Below the pieces are notes generated by a model that did no database searches, was not told the DNA's origin, and saw nothing but the letters and a program-made list of their open reading frames with translations. A program made the position numbers and the translations under genes. From Candidatus Aminicenantes bacterium (GTDB taxonomy: Bacteria > Acidobacteriota > Aminicenantia > JAMOAD01), in contig JAMOVU010000191.1 of NCBI GenBank assembly GCA_027067555.1, forward strand, positions 6,750 through 70,749: DNA of 64,000 nt, written 5' to 3'. Positions 37,762 through 47,568 of the stretch are shown piece by piece. Within the stretch, counting starts at the first letter, position 1, and each line of letters opens with the position of its first letter.

Positions 37762-38242
37762 AAAGCTCCTCTATCTTTTTTATTATATCAGTAGTAGAAT
37801 GTTCCTTTTTCTCTCCTACAATAATAGTTCTAATTCCAAGAGAAGCGGAAAATTTACTTTCAGCTACAGTTTCCACCGTATAATCGGGTCCTTTCACATG
37901 AAAGTGCGGTTTTAATTCCTTGAGTATATTTTTTACTGTGTCCTCCTCAAAAATCACAACATAATCCACAATATTAATGGAAGCAACTAAAAGACTTCGC
38001 TCCTTTTCATTCATTATTGGTCTATTTTCCCCTTTGAGTTTTTTTACAGAAGAATCACTGTTTATTGCAACTATCAAAATATCTCCGAGCTCTTTTGCTT
38101 TTTTGAGATAGACAATGTGCCCATAATGAAGAAGATCAAAAGCTCCATTGGCAAGAACTATCGTTTTTTCCTCTTTTTTAAGATTTTTAACTATATCTTT
38201 TAAAGAGCTCAGAGATTTTATCTTTGTACTTGTTAATTCCAT
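37754..38242 (-). CDS. rfaE2: D-glycero-beta-D-manno-heptose 1-phosphate adenylyltransferase
   Basis: ANGAFDLLHYGH, NSDSSVKKLKGENRP and KGPDY. Confidence 0.9.
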   Translation of the reverse strand: MELTSTKIKSLSSLKDIVKNLKKEEKTIVLANGAFDLLHYGHIVYLKKAKELGDILIVAINSDSSVKKLKGENRPIMNEKERSLLVASINIVDYVVIFEEDTVKNILKELKPHFHVKGPDYTVETVAESKFSASLGIRTIIVGEKKEHSTTDIIKKIEELYG

Positions 38243-39197
38243 TAATAAGTTCCTCCGGCGTTATTGTTGAGGCACCTGCTTTCATTACAGTTAAAGCCCC
38301 GGCGACATTGGAAAGGATTGCAGATTTGAAAAAACTTTTTGAGATTATCCAGGAAGATGCGAAAACAGAAATCACTGTATCTCCTGCTCCTGTAACATCA
38401 ACAATATTTTTATCTCCAAAAATAGGAATTTTATATTCATTTGAATTTTTTTCCATAAGATACATTCCTTCGGAACCCAAAGTTATTAGAATAGCTTCAG
38501 CTTGTGTAATCCTCAGAAGTTTTCTTCCTACTTTTTGCAGGTTGTTATTTTTTATTTTCAAATTGGCAGATTCATAAGCTTCTGTTATGTTCGGGGTAGC
38601 TGATGTAATACTTCTGAATTTAGAAAGCTCAAATCTTGAATCCACAAAAATAGGAGGTAGATTACTTTTATCCTTCTTTAGTTTATTTAAGGTTTTATAG
38701 GAACTAATCCCATACCCATAATCTGAAAAAACAATAACATCATAGTTTCTATATATAGAATCCAGAATCTCAAAGAATTTTTTTGGAAGATTTTCAATTC
38801 TTTTACCTCTATCTATTCTAAAAACCTGCTGCTTCCTGGTATTTGTTTCTCCGGCAAGAACCCTTGTTTTTAAAGGAGTTTTAAACTTTTTTGTTTTAAG
38901 TATCATTGAATCTGAAATTCCACTATCTACCAAAAGGCTTTTTATCCTTTCGCCTTCTTCATCCTCTCCCACCACTGATAGTGTATCAATTTGAGCCCCT
39001 AAGTCCTTAAAATTTCTTACTGTGTTTCCTCCCCCGCCAAGTTTGTATTCAACAAAATCCTCTTCCAGCACAAGAATAGGAGCCTCTCTTGAAACCCTTG
39101 ATGTTGTTGCATAGACATACTTATCCACTACAAAATCGCCGACTACTAAAACCCTGATACTTTTAAAGTTCTTTACTATCTTTTTTAAATTTTCCAT
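38187..39197 (-). CDS. rfaE1: D-glycero-beta-D-manno-heptose-7-phosphate kinase (PfkB family)
   Basis: RVSREAP, SDYGYG, TPN and DVTGAGDTV. Confidence 0.9.
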   Translation of the reverse strand: MENLKKIVKNFKSIRVLVVGDFVVDKYVYATTSRVSREAPILVLEEDFVEYKLGGGGNTVRNFKDLGAQIDTLSVVGEDEEGERIKSLLVDSGISDSMILKTKKFKTPLKTRVLAGETNTRKQQVFRIDRGKRIENLPKKFFEILDSIYRNYDVIVFSDYGYGISSYKTLNKLKKDKSNLPPIFVDSRFELSKFRSITSATPNITEAYESANLKIKNNNLQKVGRKLLRITQAEAILITLGSEGMYLMEKNSNEYKIPIFGDKNIVDVTGAGDTVISVFASSWIISKSFFKSAILSNVAGALTVMKAGASTITPEELINGINKYKDKISELFKRYS

Positions 39198-39200
39198 ATA

Positions 39201-40040
39201 TCAAATATCATCTATCTTAGCAAGACAGCTTTTTTTAAGTTTTAGAATTTTCTTCCACCTTTTTTTTGATTCTTCAACCTTTTTTCTGTAATTTTCACTT
39301 TCAAAATACTCCAAAATTCTTTTTCTTATCGGGAAAATCTGAGAATCACACTTCCACATGTATGTTTTGCTGAAAAGTCCGTACCTGATGCAATCTCTAT
39401 AAACAGCCCAAGCCAAGTTTACAAAACCCAATTCTTCTATGAATTTCTCATAAAGAGCCCTAAATTCCCCTTCTTTTTCCGGGTGCAAAAATTTAAAATA
39501 ATCTTTATACATCATAGCATTATGGAAGAACTGAGGTTTTGCCTGAATCCCATCTACCTCAAGCTCTCTCGCGAGTACTCTAAAAAGAATATAGAGTTCT
39601 CTTTTTATTCCCAGGCCCGGATATTTTTGTCCCGGTAATTTTTTTCTTTTTTCAGTAAACCTTGCTTTCGGGTTCTGAAGTGTCAGCCACTCTATTGTAA
39701 GGAATTTTAACCTTTGTTCCCCGAAAAATGCTTTCATTTCGTCCGTGGGAGCAAAATTTTCTATCTTTATTTTCAAATCAACTATAAGATGATCCTTATT
39801 CTTAAATTTATCATAAATAGTAAGCCTCTGAAGAGCCATATCAAGAGGCTCTATTTCTATTTTCAGCTCTTTAAAACCTAATTTACTTGCTTTTTTCACG
39901 AGACCAAGCCTTTCTATAAAGAGAAACATTTCCTTTAAGGTATATCTGTTTAAAAATAGGGAAGAACCCTCTGAGTACTGAAGCTGGTTAAAAATATCCT
40001 TTTCGCTTATCTCCAAGATATCATAGTCTTTATCTTTCAT
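39201..40040 (-). CDS. Conserved hypothetical protein (possible GNAT-like fold)
   Basis: IEWLTLQNP...LPGQKYPGLG...P.FFHNA; first gene of the heptose operon. Confidence 0.65.
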   Translation of the reverse strand: MKDKDYDILEISEKDIFNQLQYSEGSSLFLNRYTLKEMFLFIERLGLVKKASKLGFKELKIEIEPLDMALQRLTIYDKFKNKDHLIVDLKIKIENFAPTDEMKAFFGEQRLKFLTIEWLTLQNPKARFTEKRKKLPGQKYPGLGIKRELYILFRVLARELEVDGIQAKPQFFHNAMMYKDYFKFLHPEKEGEFRALYEKFIEELGFVNLAWAVYRDCIRYGLFSKTYMWKCDSQIFPIRKRILEYFESENYRKKVEESKKRWKKILKLKKSCLAKIDDI

Positions 40041-40045
40041 CTTTT

Positions 40046-40074
40046 AGTTTACCTTTTTAATGTTAATTAGTCAA
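40046..40074 (-). promoter_or_regulatory. sigma70 promoter, likely leaderless
   Basis: TTGACT-17-TAAACT, 5 nt before ATG 40040. Confidence 0.65.
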
Positions 40075-40116
40075 TTCTACGGTTTTCTTTTATTCTTTGT
40101 TTATAGATCTCCTTCC

Positions 40117-40145
40117 TTGATTTTTTCCTGTTTTTCATATATAAA
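40117..40145 (+). promoter_or_regulatory. Putative sigma70 promoter for tRNA-Ser/mutS
   Basis: TTGATT-17-TATAAA upstream of the tRNA. Confidence 0.5.
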
Positions 40146-40157
40146 TATAGGGATTGC

Positions 40158-40250
<93 letters not shown>

Positions 40251-40259
40251 CTTAAACCG

Positions 40260-42908
40260 ATGACACAGAGCAAAGATAATTTAACCCCTGTAATGAAACA
40301 GTATCTTGAGATTAAGGGGGAGTATGAAGATACAATCCTTCTTTACAGAATGGGGGATTTTTACGAACTCTTTTTTGAAGATGCTATTGAAGGGGCGAAG
40401 ATTCTCAATATAGCATTAACTTCAAGAGACAAAAACAAGGAAAACCCGATTCCAATGTGTGGTTTTCCATATCATGCTGCTGATACATACATAAAAAAAC
40501 TCTTGGAGGCTGGCAAGAGAGTTGCTGTATGTGAGCAGGTTGAGGATCCTAAAAAGGCTAAAAAAATAGTAAAAAGAGAGGTTGTCAAAGTCCTTACACC
40601 GGGAACCGCTCTCGAATATGAGGATAATAAAGATAATAATTTTATAGCAAGTATTTTTCTTGATGGAAATAATTGGGGGCTCTTTCTTTTGGATATTTCC
40701 ACAGGAGAAGCTTTTGCCACTGAAGAGGAAAATGATTTTGAGCTAAACAGACTTGTGGAAGAAATAAATAAGTATGCTCCATCTGAGCTTATTCATCAGC
40801 AATCGAATGATTCCACAGTATATAATATTTTGGATAGAATTTTTACAAAAAACATAATTTTAAATGAAATTGAAGATTGGCACTTTAATTATGAAACAGG
40901 AGTCAAAGCAATAAAAGAGAATTATAAAGTTAATACTCTTGAAGGATTTGGCCTTGATGGCAAAAAAATGAGCGTTTCAGCGGCCGGTGGACTTTTCAGG
41001 TATGTTAGCAAAGTAAGAAAAGGAAATTTACCGGAATTTAAGACAGTAAGATTTTATTCCAAGAGTGATTTTATGATAGTTGATTCCATATCAATGAGAA
41101 CTTTGGAAATTTTCAAAGAATCACGGAGTCAAAAAAAAGAGGGTTCTCTTTTCTGGGTGCTCGATCAAACCGAAACTTCAATGGGAAGCAGAACTTTAAA
41201 GAATTGGATAATGCACCCTTTAATGGATGTAAATGAGATAAGAAATAGACAGGATGCAATTGAGGAACTTATTGGTAAAACAATTGAAAGAAATGAGCTC
41301 AGGAAGAAAATAGGAAATATTTTTGACCTTGACAGGTTATCTTCTAAAATCTCTTCGGAAAACGCAAACCCGAAAGACTTAATAGCGCTTTTATCATCTG
41401 TTGAAAAATTGCCTGATATTAAATTTTATCTGAAAGATTCAACATCCTCCCTATTAAAAGAGATTTACGAAAATATAGATACTTTGCAGGATATTAAAGA
41501 ACTTATAAAATCTTCCATTAATGAAAATCCGCCTTATACTTTAACAGATGGAGGAATAATAAAAGATGGATATTCTCAGGAATTGGATGAATTAAGGAAA
41601 ATTTCTCTTTCCGGAAAAGAATATATTGCATCTCTTGAAATCAAGGAAAAGGAAAGAACAGAGATTAGCTCTTTGAGAATAGGCTATAATAAAGTTTTTG
41701 GTTTTTACATTGAGATTTCGAAAGCTGCTTTAAAGGGAAAAATTCTTCCTCCTGATTATATAAGAAAACAGACTCTTGTTAATTCTGAAAGATATATTTC
41801 CGAAGAACTAAAAAAATATGAAGAAATGGTAATAGGAGCAGAGGAAAAAATAAAAAATCTTGAGTACGAGCTTTTTGTGGAAATTAGAAAAAAGATTAAG
41901 GAAAATGTAAAGAGAATTTTAAAAACCTCTGAGGCAATTTCAATTCTTGATGTCCTCTTGTCTTTATCAGAGGTTGCAATAAGAAATGGTTATCATCGAC
42001 CTGTAGTTTATGAGGGTGATACAATTGAGATTGTTCAGGGAAGACATCCGGTTGTTGAAAGGCTAAGTACTAAAACTTTCGTTCCCAATGATACATATTT
42101 GAATACAACTACTGATCAAATAATAATACTTACAGGTCCCAATATGGGAGGAAAATCCACTTATTTGCGGCAGGTTGCACTTATAACCCTTTTGGCTCAG
42201 ATAGGCTCATTTATTCCGGCAAGCTCAGGCAAAATAGGCGTTGTGGACAGGATTTTCACAAGAATAGGGGCTTCGGATTATTTAGGGGGAGGACAATCGA
42301 CATTTATGGTTGAAATGGTTGAGACTGCAAATATATTAAACAATGCAACAAGTAAAAGTCTTGTTCTTTTGGATGAAATAGGAAGAGGTACTTCCACTTA
42401 TGATGGGATGGCAATAGCATGGGCTGTTCTTGAATATCTTCACAGTAATGGAAAAATCAGGCCAAAAACTCTTTTTGCCACTCATTATCATCAACTTACA
42501 ATGATAGAGGAGTATCTTAAAAGGGTAAAAAATTATCACATAACAGTGAAGAAAACAAAAAAGGGAATGGTCTTTCTATATAAGGTTTACCAAGGACCGA
42601 GCGATGAGAGTTTCGGGATAGATGTTGCGAAACTTGCAGGAATTCCTGATAATGTTGTTAAAAGAGCAAAAGATATACTTTTTTCAATAGAAAGAAAGGA
42701 TGGTATTATTGAAAGGAAAAAGATAGAGGAGAAGTTCGGGGGGAAGACTATTTTTGATTTTGAGGTAAAAAAGGAGAGGGAAAAGGGAGATGAAAGGTTT
42801 GAGGAATTAAAAGAATTCATAGGAAAAATAAATATAAATGAAATTTCTCCTTTACAAGCATTAAATTTACTTAATGAGATAAAGGAAAAGGTTGAAAGAA
42901 AAGAGTAA
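40260..42908 (+). CDS. mutS: DNA mismatch repair protein MutS
   Basis: TPVMKQY, RMGDFYELF, TGPNMGGKSTY, STFMVEM and DEIGRGTST. Confidence 0.98.
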   Translation: MTQSKDNLTPVMKQYLEIKGEYEDTILLYRMGDFYELFFEDAIEGAKILNIALTSRDKNKENPIPMCGFPYHAADTYIKKLLEAGKRVAVCEQVEDPKKAKKIVKREVVKVLTPGTALEYEDNKDNNFIASIFLDGNNWGLFLLDISTGEAFATEEENDFELNRLVEEINKYAPSELIHQQSNDSTVYNILDRIFTKNIILNEIEDWHFNYETGVKAIKENYKVNTLEGFGLDGKKMSVSAAGGLFRYVSKVRKGNLPEFKTVRFYSKSDFMIVDSISMRTLEIFKESRSQKKEGSLFWVLDQTETSMGSRTLKNWIMHPLMDVNEIRNRQDAIEELIGKTIERNELRKKIGNIFDLDRLSSKISSENANPKDLIALLSSVEKLPDIKFYLKDSTSSLLKEIYENIDTLQDIKELIKSSINENPPYTLTDGGIIKDGYSQELDELRKISLSGKEYIASLEIKEKERTEISSLRIGYNKVFGFYIEISKAALKGKILPPDYIRKQTLVNSERYISEELKKYEEMVIGAEEKIKNLEYELFVEIRKKIKENVKRILKTSEAISILDVLLSLSEVAIRNGYHRPVVYEGDTIEIVQGRHPVVERLSTKTFVPNDTYLNTTTDQIIILTGPNMGGKSTYLRQVALITLLAQIGSFIPASSGKIGVVDRIFTRIGASDYLGGGQSTFMVEMVETANILNNATSKSLVLLDEIGRGTSTYDGMAIAWAVLEYLHSNGKIRPKTLFATHYHQLTMIEEYLKRVKNYHITVKKTKKGMVFLYKVYQGPSDESFGIDVAKLAGIPDNVVKRAKDILFSIERKDGIIERKKIEEKFGGKTIFDFEVKKEREKGDERFEELKEFIGKININEISPLQALNLLNEIKEKVERKE

Positions 42909-42910
42909 AA

Positions 42911-42988
42911 TGGCAGCGCTACGGGGATTCGAACCCCGGTTTGATGGCTGAGAACCACCCGTCCTAGGCCTGGCTAGACGATAGCGCC
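42911..42988 (-). tRNA. tRNA-Glu (anticodon CTC)
   Basis: GGCGCTATCGTCTAGCCAGGCCTAGGACGGGTGGTTCTCAGCCATCAAACCGGGGTTCGAATCCCCGTAGCGCTGCCA folds as a cloverleaf. Confidence 0.95.
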
Positions 42989-43002
42989 GCTTGAAAGGTG
43001 AT

Positions 43003-43031
43003 ATTATAAAATAAAATAGCCTCTGATTCAA
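43003..43031 (-). promoter_or_regulatory. sigma70 promoter for tRNA-Glu
   Basis: TTGAAT-17-TATAAT. Confidence 0.7.
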
Positions 43032-43037
43032 GCGGTC

Positions 43038-45209
43038 TTAGAGGATTGATTTCTCTAATATATAGACAATACTTGAATACCAATCGTATTTAATCTGTTT
43101 ATATATAGTCCTATCAAGCACCCAGTAAGACTGATTAATCCTTTTTGAGTACACGGGGATTCCGTTTTTATTATATTTTGTTGCCATTAAGTATTTATAT
43201 TGAAAGAAAGGGAAGAGTCTTAATCCCTTTTTCTTCCAAAAAACTATATATTCATCAGATGAGGAGGATATTAAAAGATTTGTTGTATAGTCTGTTTTAA
43301 GACTTCTTTCCCAGATAATATTTAGGTTATTGTCAAATTTTATTATTATTAATTCTCTTTTTTTATCAATTGAATATAAAGAGGAAACAAAGGAAAAGAT
43401 AAAACCATCGGTGGTTTTAATTATTTTAGGGTTTGCTTTTATTATGTTTTCATGTTTAAACTTTCTCTTTTTTATTATATCTCCATTTTCATTAAAAATG
43501 GTAAAAGTGATAAAGGATTCTTTTTTTTCATTGGTACTTTTTTCTATTGAAGTAATAAGTATTTTTTTATTATTTAAAACAATGGAAGGAGCGGGAGAAA
43601 CTATATAATTTTTTTCTCCAATGTCTTTAATCCAGATTATGTTACCATTTGAATCTGTTTTTAAAATTTTAGTTTTTATTGGAATTTTTTCTCCCAAGAC
43701 AACACAGATATGGATATAATTGTTTTCATCATCTACAAAAGTTTTTACTATGGAAGAGGTAAGGCCTCCTATACTGAAATCTCTTTCCAAAAGTAATTCT
43801 CCATTCTGTTTTAATTTTGCAAAATAACTCTTTGTTATTCTCATGTTTGTAATATGACTTCCACTTATAAGAATTTCTTTATTTTTGTCGATAACCAAGG
43901 AGGAAACAGTAATGTTTGAGAATTTTTTGCTTTTGAGAAAGATTTTTCTTTTGATTAGCTTGTTATTTTTTTCGCTGTTTATTATTTTGGAAAGAGACAT
44001 TCTATCCCATGGAAACAGCCCGTATCCGAATGAGTATATTATTATATTATTGCTTCTGCTTTTTGTTGTTATATAAAGTTCGCCATTCGGAGAATCTTCT
44101 CCGATTGAGGCGGACATGGGAATTGTGAAATTATTAAGAAATTTCATCTTTTCATAACTAAAGTATTTTAGTTTTTTATTTTCTTTTTTAGGTAAAATAT
44201 TAACAATTAAGGATAGAATTATATAAAGGGATAAGAGGGAATAAATAGTAATTTTTTTTCTCTTTTTTCTCTTTTTTCTCTTTTTTCCTTTTATAAGCAC
44301 ATGTTCCAGATCTTTTTTTTGGATTTTTTCTAAGTCTTTTTTTAATTCTGAAATATTTTCATATCTTTTTTCCTTTTTCTTATTGGTTGCTTTTTTTATT
44401 ATTTTGTTAAGTTCTTTTTCAATTATTGGGTCTGTTAATTCCACTTCTTTTGTCTCTCCAAACATAATTTCTTCAACCACACTTGTTAGAGTATTGCTCT
44501 TTATCATCTTTTCTTCTGAAAACATTTCATAAAGAATGACACCGAGAGAAAAGATATCTGTTCGTTCATCAAGGCCTTTACCTTCAAGTGCTTCTGGAGA
44601 CATATAATTGAGAGTCCCTCTGATTTTAATACTTTCTCCTTCTGAGATGGTAGTGGTAATTGTTAATGAACCTGTAATGTCTGAAATATCATTTTTTATG
44701 AATTTTGATACACCGAAATCAATGATTTTAACCTTCTTATCTTTAGTAATCAGTATATTTGAGGGTTTTAAATCTCTATGAATTATTCCTTTAGAATGTA
44801 TAGCCTCCAATCCATTGCATATTTGGATTGCTATATCTATTTTGTCCTTGAATGTTAGCTCTCCCTTGTTTATCTTTTCTCCTAAAGATTCCCCCTCTAT
44901 GTATTGCATGACCATAAAGCTTGTTTTATCTTTTACTATAAAGTCGTAAAGGGTACAGACATTTTCGTGTTCTATTTGAGCTAATTTTACAGCTTCTTTT
45001 TCAATTTTTTTAACACTGGTTGCAAGAGGATTCTTTATTATTTTTATTGCTACATTTTTTTTTAATTTTCTATCGTATGCTTTGTAAATAACACCCATTC
45101 CCCCTTCACCGAGTTCTTTAATGATTTTGTATCTTTCTGAGATAGCCTTAAAGGCAATTAAATTATCAAAGCTAAAGGATTCCGTTTCGTTTATTCTATT
45201 TTTCTCCAT
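43038..45209 (-). CDS. Membrane-anchored Hanks-type Ser/Thr protein kinase with beta-rich extracytoplasmic domain
   Basis: LGEGGMG, VAIK, HRDLKPSN, DFG, GTLNYMSPE and DIFSLG, then a basic stretch and a TM helix. Confidence 0.93.
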   Translation of the reverse strand: MEKNRINETESFSFDNLIAFKAISERYKIIKELGEGGMGVIYKAYDRKLKKNVAIKIIKNPLATSVKKIEKEAVKLAQIEHENVCTLYDFIVKDKTSFMVMQYIEGESLGEKINKGELTFKDKIDIAIQICNGLEAIHSKGIIHRDLKPSNILITKDKKVKIIDFGVSKFIKNDISDITGSLTITTTISEGESIKIRGTLNYMSPEALEGKGLDERTDIFSLGVILYEMFSEEKMIKSNTLTSVVEEIMFGETKEVELTDPIIEKELNKIIKKATNKKKEKRYENISELKKDLEKIQKKDLEHVLIKGKKRKKRKKRKKITIYSLLSLYIILSLIVNILPKKENKKLKYFSYEKMKFLNNFTIPMSASIGEDSPNGELYITTKSRSNNIIIYSFGYGLFPWDRMSLSKIINSEKNNKLIKRKIFLKSKKFSNITVSSLVIDKNKEILISGSHITNMRITKSYFAKLKQNGELLLERDFSIGGLTSSIVKTFVDDENNYIHICVVLGEKIPIKTKILKTDSNGNIIWIKDIGEKNYIVSPAPSIVLNNKKILITSIEKSTNEKKESFITFTIFNENGDIIKKRKFKHENIIKANPKIIKTTDGFIFSFVSSLYSIDKKRELIIIKFDNNLNIIWERSLKTDYTTNLLISSSSDEYIVFWKKKGLRLFPFFQYKYLMATKYNKNGIPVYSKRINQSYWVLDRTIYKQIKYDWYSSIVYILEKSIL

Positions 45210-45306
45210 GGTTTAAAGGATTAAAAATATTAGAACATCTGAAAAAAATAGTCAATATCTTCTATTTTTCTAAAACTTTTACAAAGAGGAGAGAGTTAAT
45301 GCTTTT

Positions 45307-46236
45307 CTATAGAAAAAAGACAAGCTCAACTTGAGTGCCGGTATTTTTTTCGGATAAAATTACTAATTTATCAGCAAATCTTTTCATATTTGGAATCCCC
45401 ATACCAGCCCCGAATCCCATTTCTCTTATGTAATCAGGAGCCGTGGAAAAGCCTTCTTTCATTGCTTGATCAAGGTTTTCAATACCCACTCCATTATCAA
45501 TTACCCTCACTATTATTTTATCTTTTTTCAAAAAACATAAAATTTCCCCTTCTCCTTTACTGTGGATAACCACATTGGTTTCAGCTTCATAAACTGCTAT
45601 TCCCACTTTTCGAGCTATATCCTGATTTATACCTTTTTTAATCAGAAAATTTTTTAGTATCGCTGCTCCCTCACCTGCTTTACTTATGTCGGATGTGTCT
45701 ATTCTGTGTCTGAATTCAGCATCCTCTCTGTATAACTTTTCTCCTGTAATTAGAGAAAGTTCTTTATTGAGAATTGAATCTCTCTTTTTATCGTGAAGGT
45801 ATAATAAGTTAAATTTATCTAAAATTTTATGAAGGATGTCCACCTTTGTTAGAATCCCGCAGAGAGTGCCATTTTTGTCAACTACCGGAAATCTTCCGAA
45901 TTTGAATTTATCAAATTTTTGAACAATGGTGGGCAGTGTTTCATCCTTATTGAGAGAGACTACATTTTTTGTCATAATGTTTTCTATATCTTCTTCTATT
46001 TTTCCCATTTCAAGAGCTTTAATTATATCTTCAATACTGATTATGCCAATTAGTAGGTTTTTATCATCTACAATTGGAATACCCGAAATCTTTTTTATTT
46101 TCATAAGTTCTTTTGCTTGAGATATCTTTTTATCCGCAGTGAGTGTACTTACATGTTTCGTCATTATTTCTTCTGCTGTAAGATCTTCGAAGATAAAAGC
46201 GTATTTACTTAATCTGCACTCCTGGTTATTACTCAT
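45307..46236 (-). CDS. CBS-pair + HATPase (RsbT/anti-sigma kinase-like) protein
   Basis: Tandem CBS domains, then YEAETNVVIH, DNGVGI, EGFSTA and GFGAGMG.PN. Confidence 0.88.
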   Translation of the reverse strand: MSNNQECRLSKYAFIFEDLTAEEIMTKHVSTLTADKKISQAKELMKIKKISGIPIVDDKNLLIGIISIEDIIKALEMGKIEEDIENIMTKNVVSLNKDETLPTIVQKFDKFKFGRFPVVDKNGTLCGILTKVDILHKILDKFNLLYLHDKKRDSILNKELSLITGEKLYREDAEFRHRIDTSDISKAGEGAAILKNFLIKKGINQDIARKVGIAVYEAETNVVIHSKGEGEILCFLKKDKIIVRVIDNGVGIENLDQAMKEGFSTAPDYIREMGFGAGMGIPNMKRFADKLVILSEKNTGTQVELVFFL

Positions 46237-46576
46237 CTATTCCTCGTAAGCCGGCTGTATATAGTTTTCCGCATGCTGAATACATGTAATTATTTGTTTT
46301 TATTATAATTAGATTACTCCCTTTAGCCATATTAATTGTTTCCGGTGGAATTTCTTTCCCCCTTACGAAAATTAATCCCATAAGATCTGTTACTATGGCG
46401 GTTCTCACTGCCTGTGCAGATGTGTTACCGGTAAGAATTAACATCCCTGGTTTTGAAAGAGCTAAAACATCGCTCATCATATCGGCAGCTCCTATTAAAT
46501 TTACCTCTTCATTGAGCTTATCTTTACCTATGATTAATTCACCTTTAAGTATTGTAAGAATCTCTTTAACTTTCAT
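46229..46576 (-). CDS. DRTGG-domain protein
   Basis: AADMMSDVL, LILTG..S.QAVRTA, FVRGK and ACGKLY. Confidence 0.85.
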   Translation of the reverse strand: MKVKEILTILKGELIIGKDKLNEEVNLIGAADMMSDVLALSKPGMLILTGNTSAQAVRTAIVTDLMGLIFVRGKEIPPETINMAKGSNLIIIKTNNYMYSACGKLYTAGLRGIDE

Positions 46577-46604
46577 TATACCCTCTTTGTGTAATTAATA
46601 AAAT

Positions 46605-46633
46605 AATATAATTCTTTTTTCTTAAATTGTCAA
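46605..46633 (-). promoter_or_regulatory. sigma70 promoter
   Basis: TTGACA-17-TATATT, with a GAGGG SD downstream. Confidence 0.65.
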
Positions 46634-46688
46634 GATTTTAACAATTTAATAAAAACGAAACCCGCTTCTGTTTTTTAGCGTCTTTTTT

Positions 46689-47504
46689 TTAAATTTCTTC
46701 TCTTTTTTCCAAGATTTCTTTTAACTTATCTTCGCCCAAGTACTCTTTTATATATTTGTCCCCTATGCTTTCAAGCTTACCTCTTATAAATTCAACAAGT
46801 TCATCTATGTTAAATTCCTCTTTTTTCTTGAAAAGATTTCTTTTCCAATGAAGAAGATATCCTGAAATGCACATTGGTTGGTATCTTTTGTAAAAATCTT
46901 TTTTAAAGAGATTTTTCAGAGATTTGGGATTTTCCACATCAAGACTGTTCCAATCTATTTTAAAGCCTAACTTTAAAAGTAGGTTTCTTCTTTCCTCTCT
47001 TGTGTTTGATTCGTAAAGAGGAGAGAAGTAGTTAACTTTATACTTTTTTGAATAATCTTTGATTAATTGTAGGTATTCGGGAAAATTGTCTGCGGTAACA
47101 ATGATTTTTTCGCCGTCAGGAGCTTGTTCCCAATTGGCTCCGTCTGTATAATCATAGATTCCGTTTTCAAGAGCATAGAGTATACTCATCACTGCCATTG
47201 AAGCTCTGCAAGGGATACACCAGGATGTTTCATTCCCAAATCTTTTTGAATTTTTCCAAAAGCCTTTTACCGCCATTTCCTTGAAAAGAGCTTTCATATT
47301 GATAAGGTTGTAAACTACCTTATCTTCTCCTAATAGTCTTTTTAAATTTTCAACATTTGGTTTGCTAAAGTTCATCCCAAAGTGAAGATAGCCTTTGTAA
47401 AATGTTAAAAGGTGAACTTTATTATATTTTTTCCCGAGCTCATAAGCTAAGTAAAGGGAATCTATCCCTCCCGAAAATTGAATTACAACCTCATTTTTTT
47501 TCAT
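46689..47504 (-). CDS. PP-loop (N-type ATP pyrophosphatase, QueC-like) protein
   Basis: FSGGIDS, CIPC and QPMC. Start ATG 47504 with AAGGAG SD. Confidence 0.7.
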   Translation of the reverse strand: MKKNEVVIQFSGGIDSLYLAYELGKKYNKVHLLTFYKGYLHFGMNFSKPNVENLKRLLGEDKVVYNLINMKALFKEMAVKGFWKNSKRFGNETSWCIPCRASMAVMSILYALENGIYDYTDGANWEQAPDGEKIIVTADNFPEYLQLIKDYSKKYKVNYFSPLYESNTREERRNLLLKLGFKIDWNSLDVENPKSLKNLFKKDFYKRYQPMCISGYLLHWKRNLFKKKEEFNIDELVEFIRGKLESIGDKYIKEYLGEDKLKEILEKREEI

Positions 47505-47568
47505 CTGTTTCTCCTTATTTTTTATCACCTATTTTATCTTATTTTTACCTGATGTGTAAAACAATTTC

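Noticed and set aside
42587..42958. 123-aa minus-strand ORF
   Set aside because: It starts inside tRNA-Glu and runs antisense to mutS; spurious.
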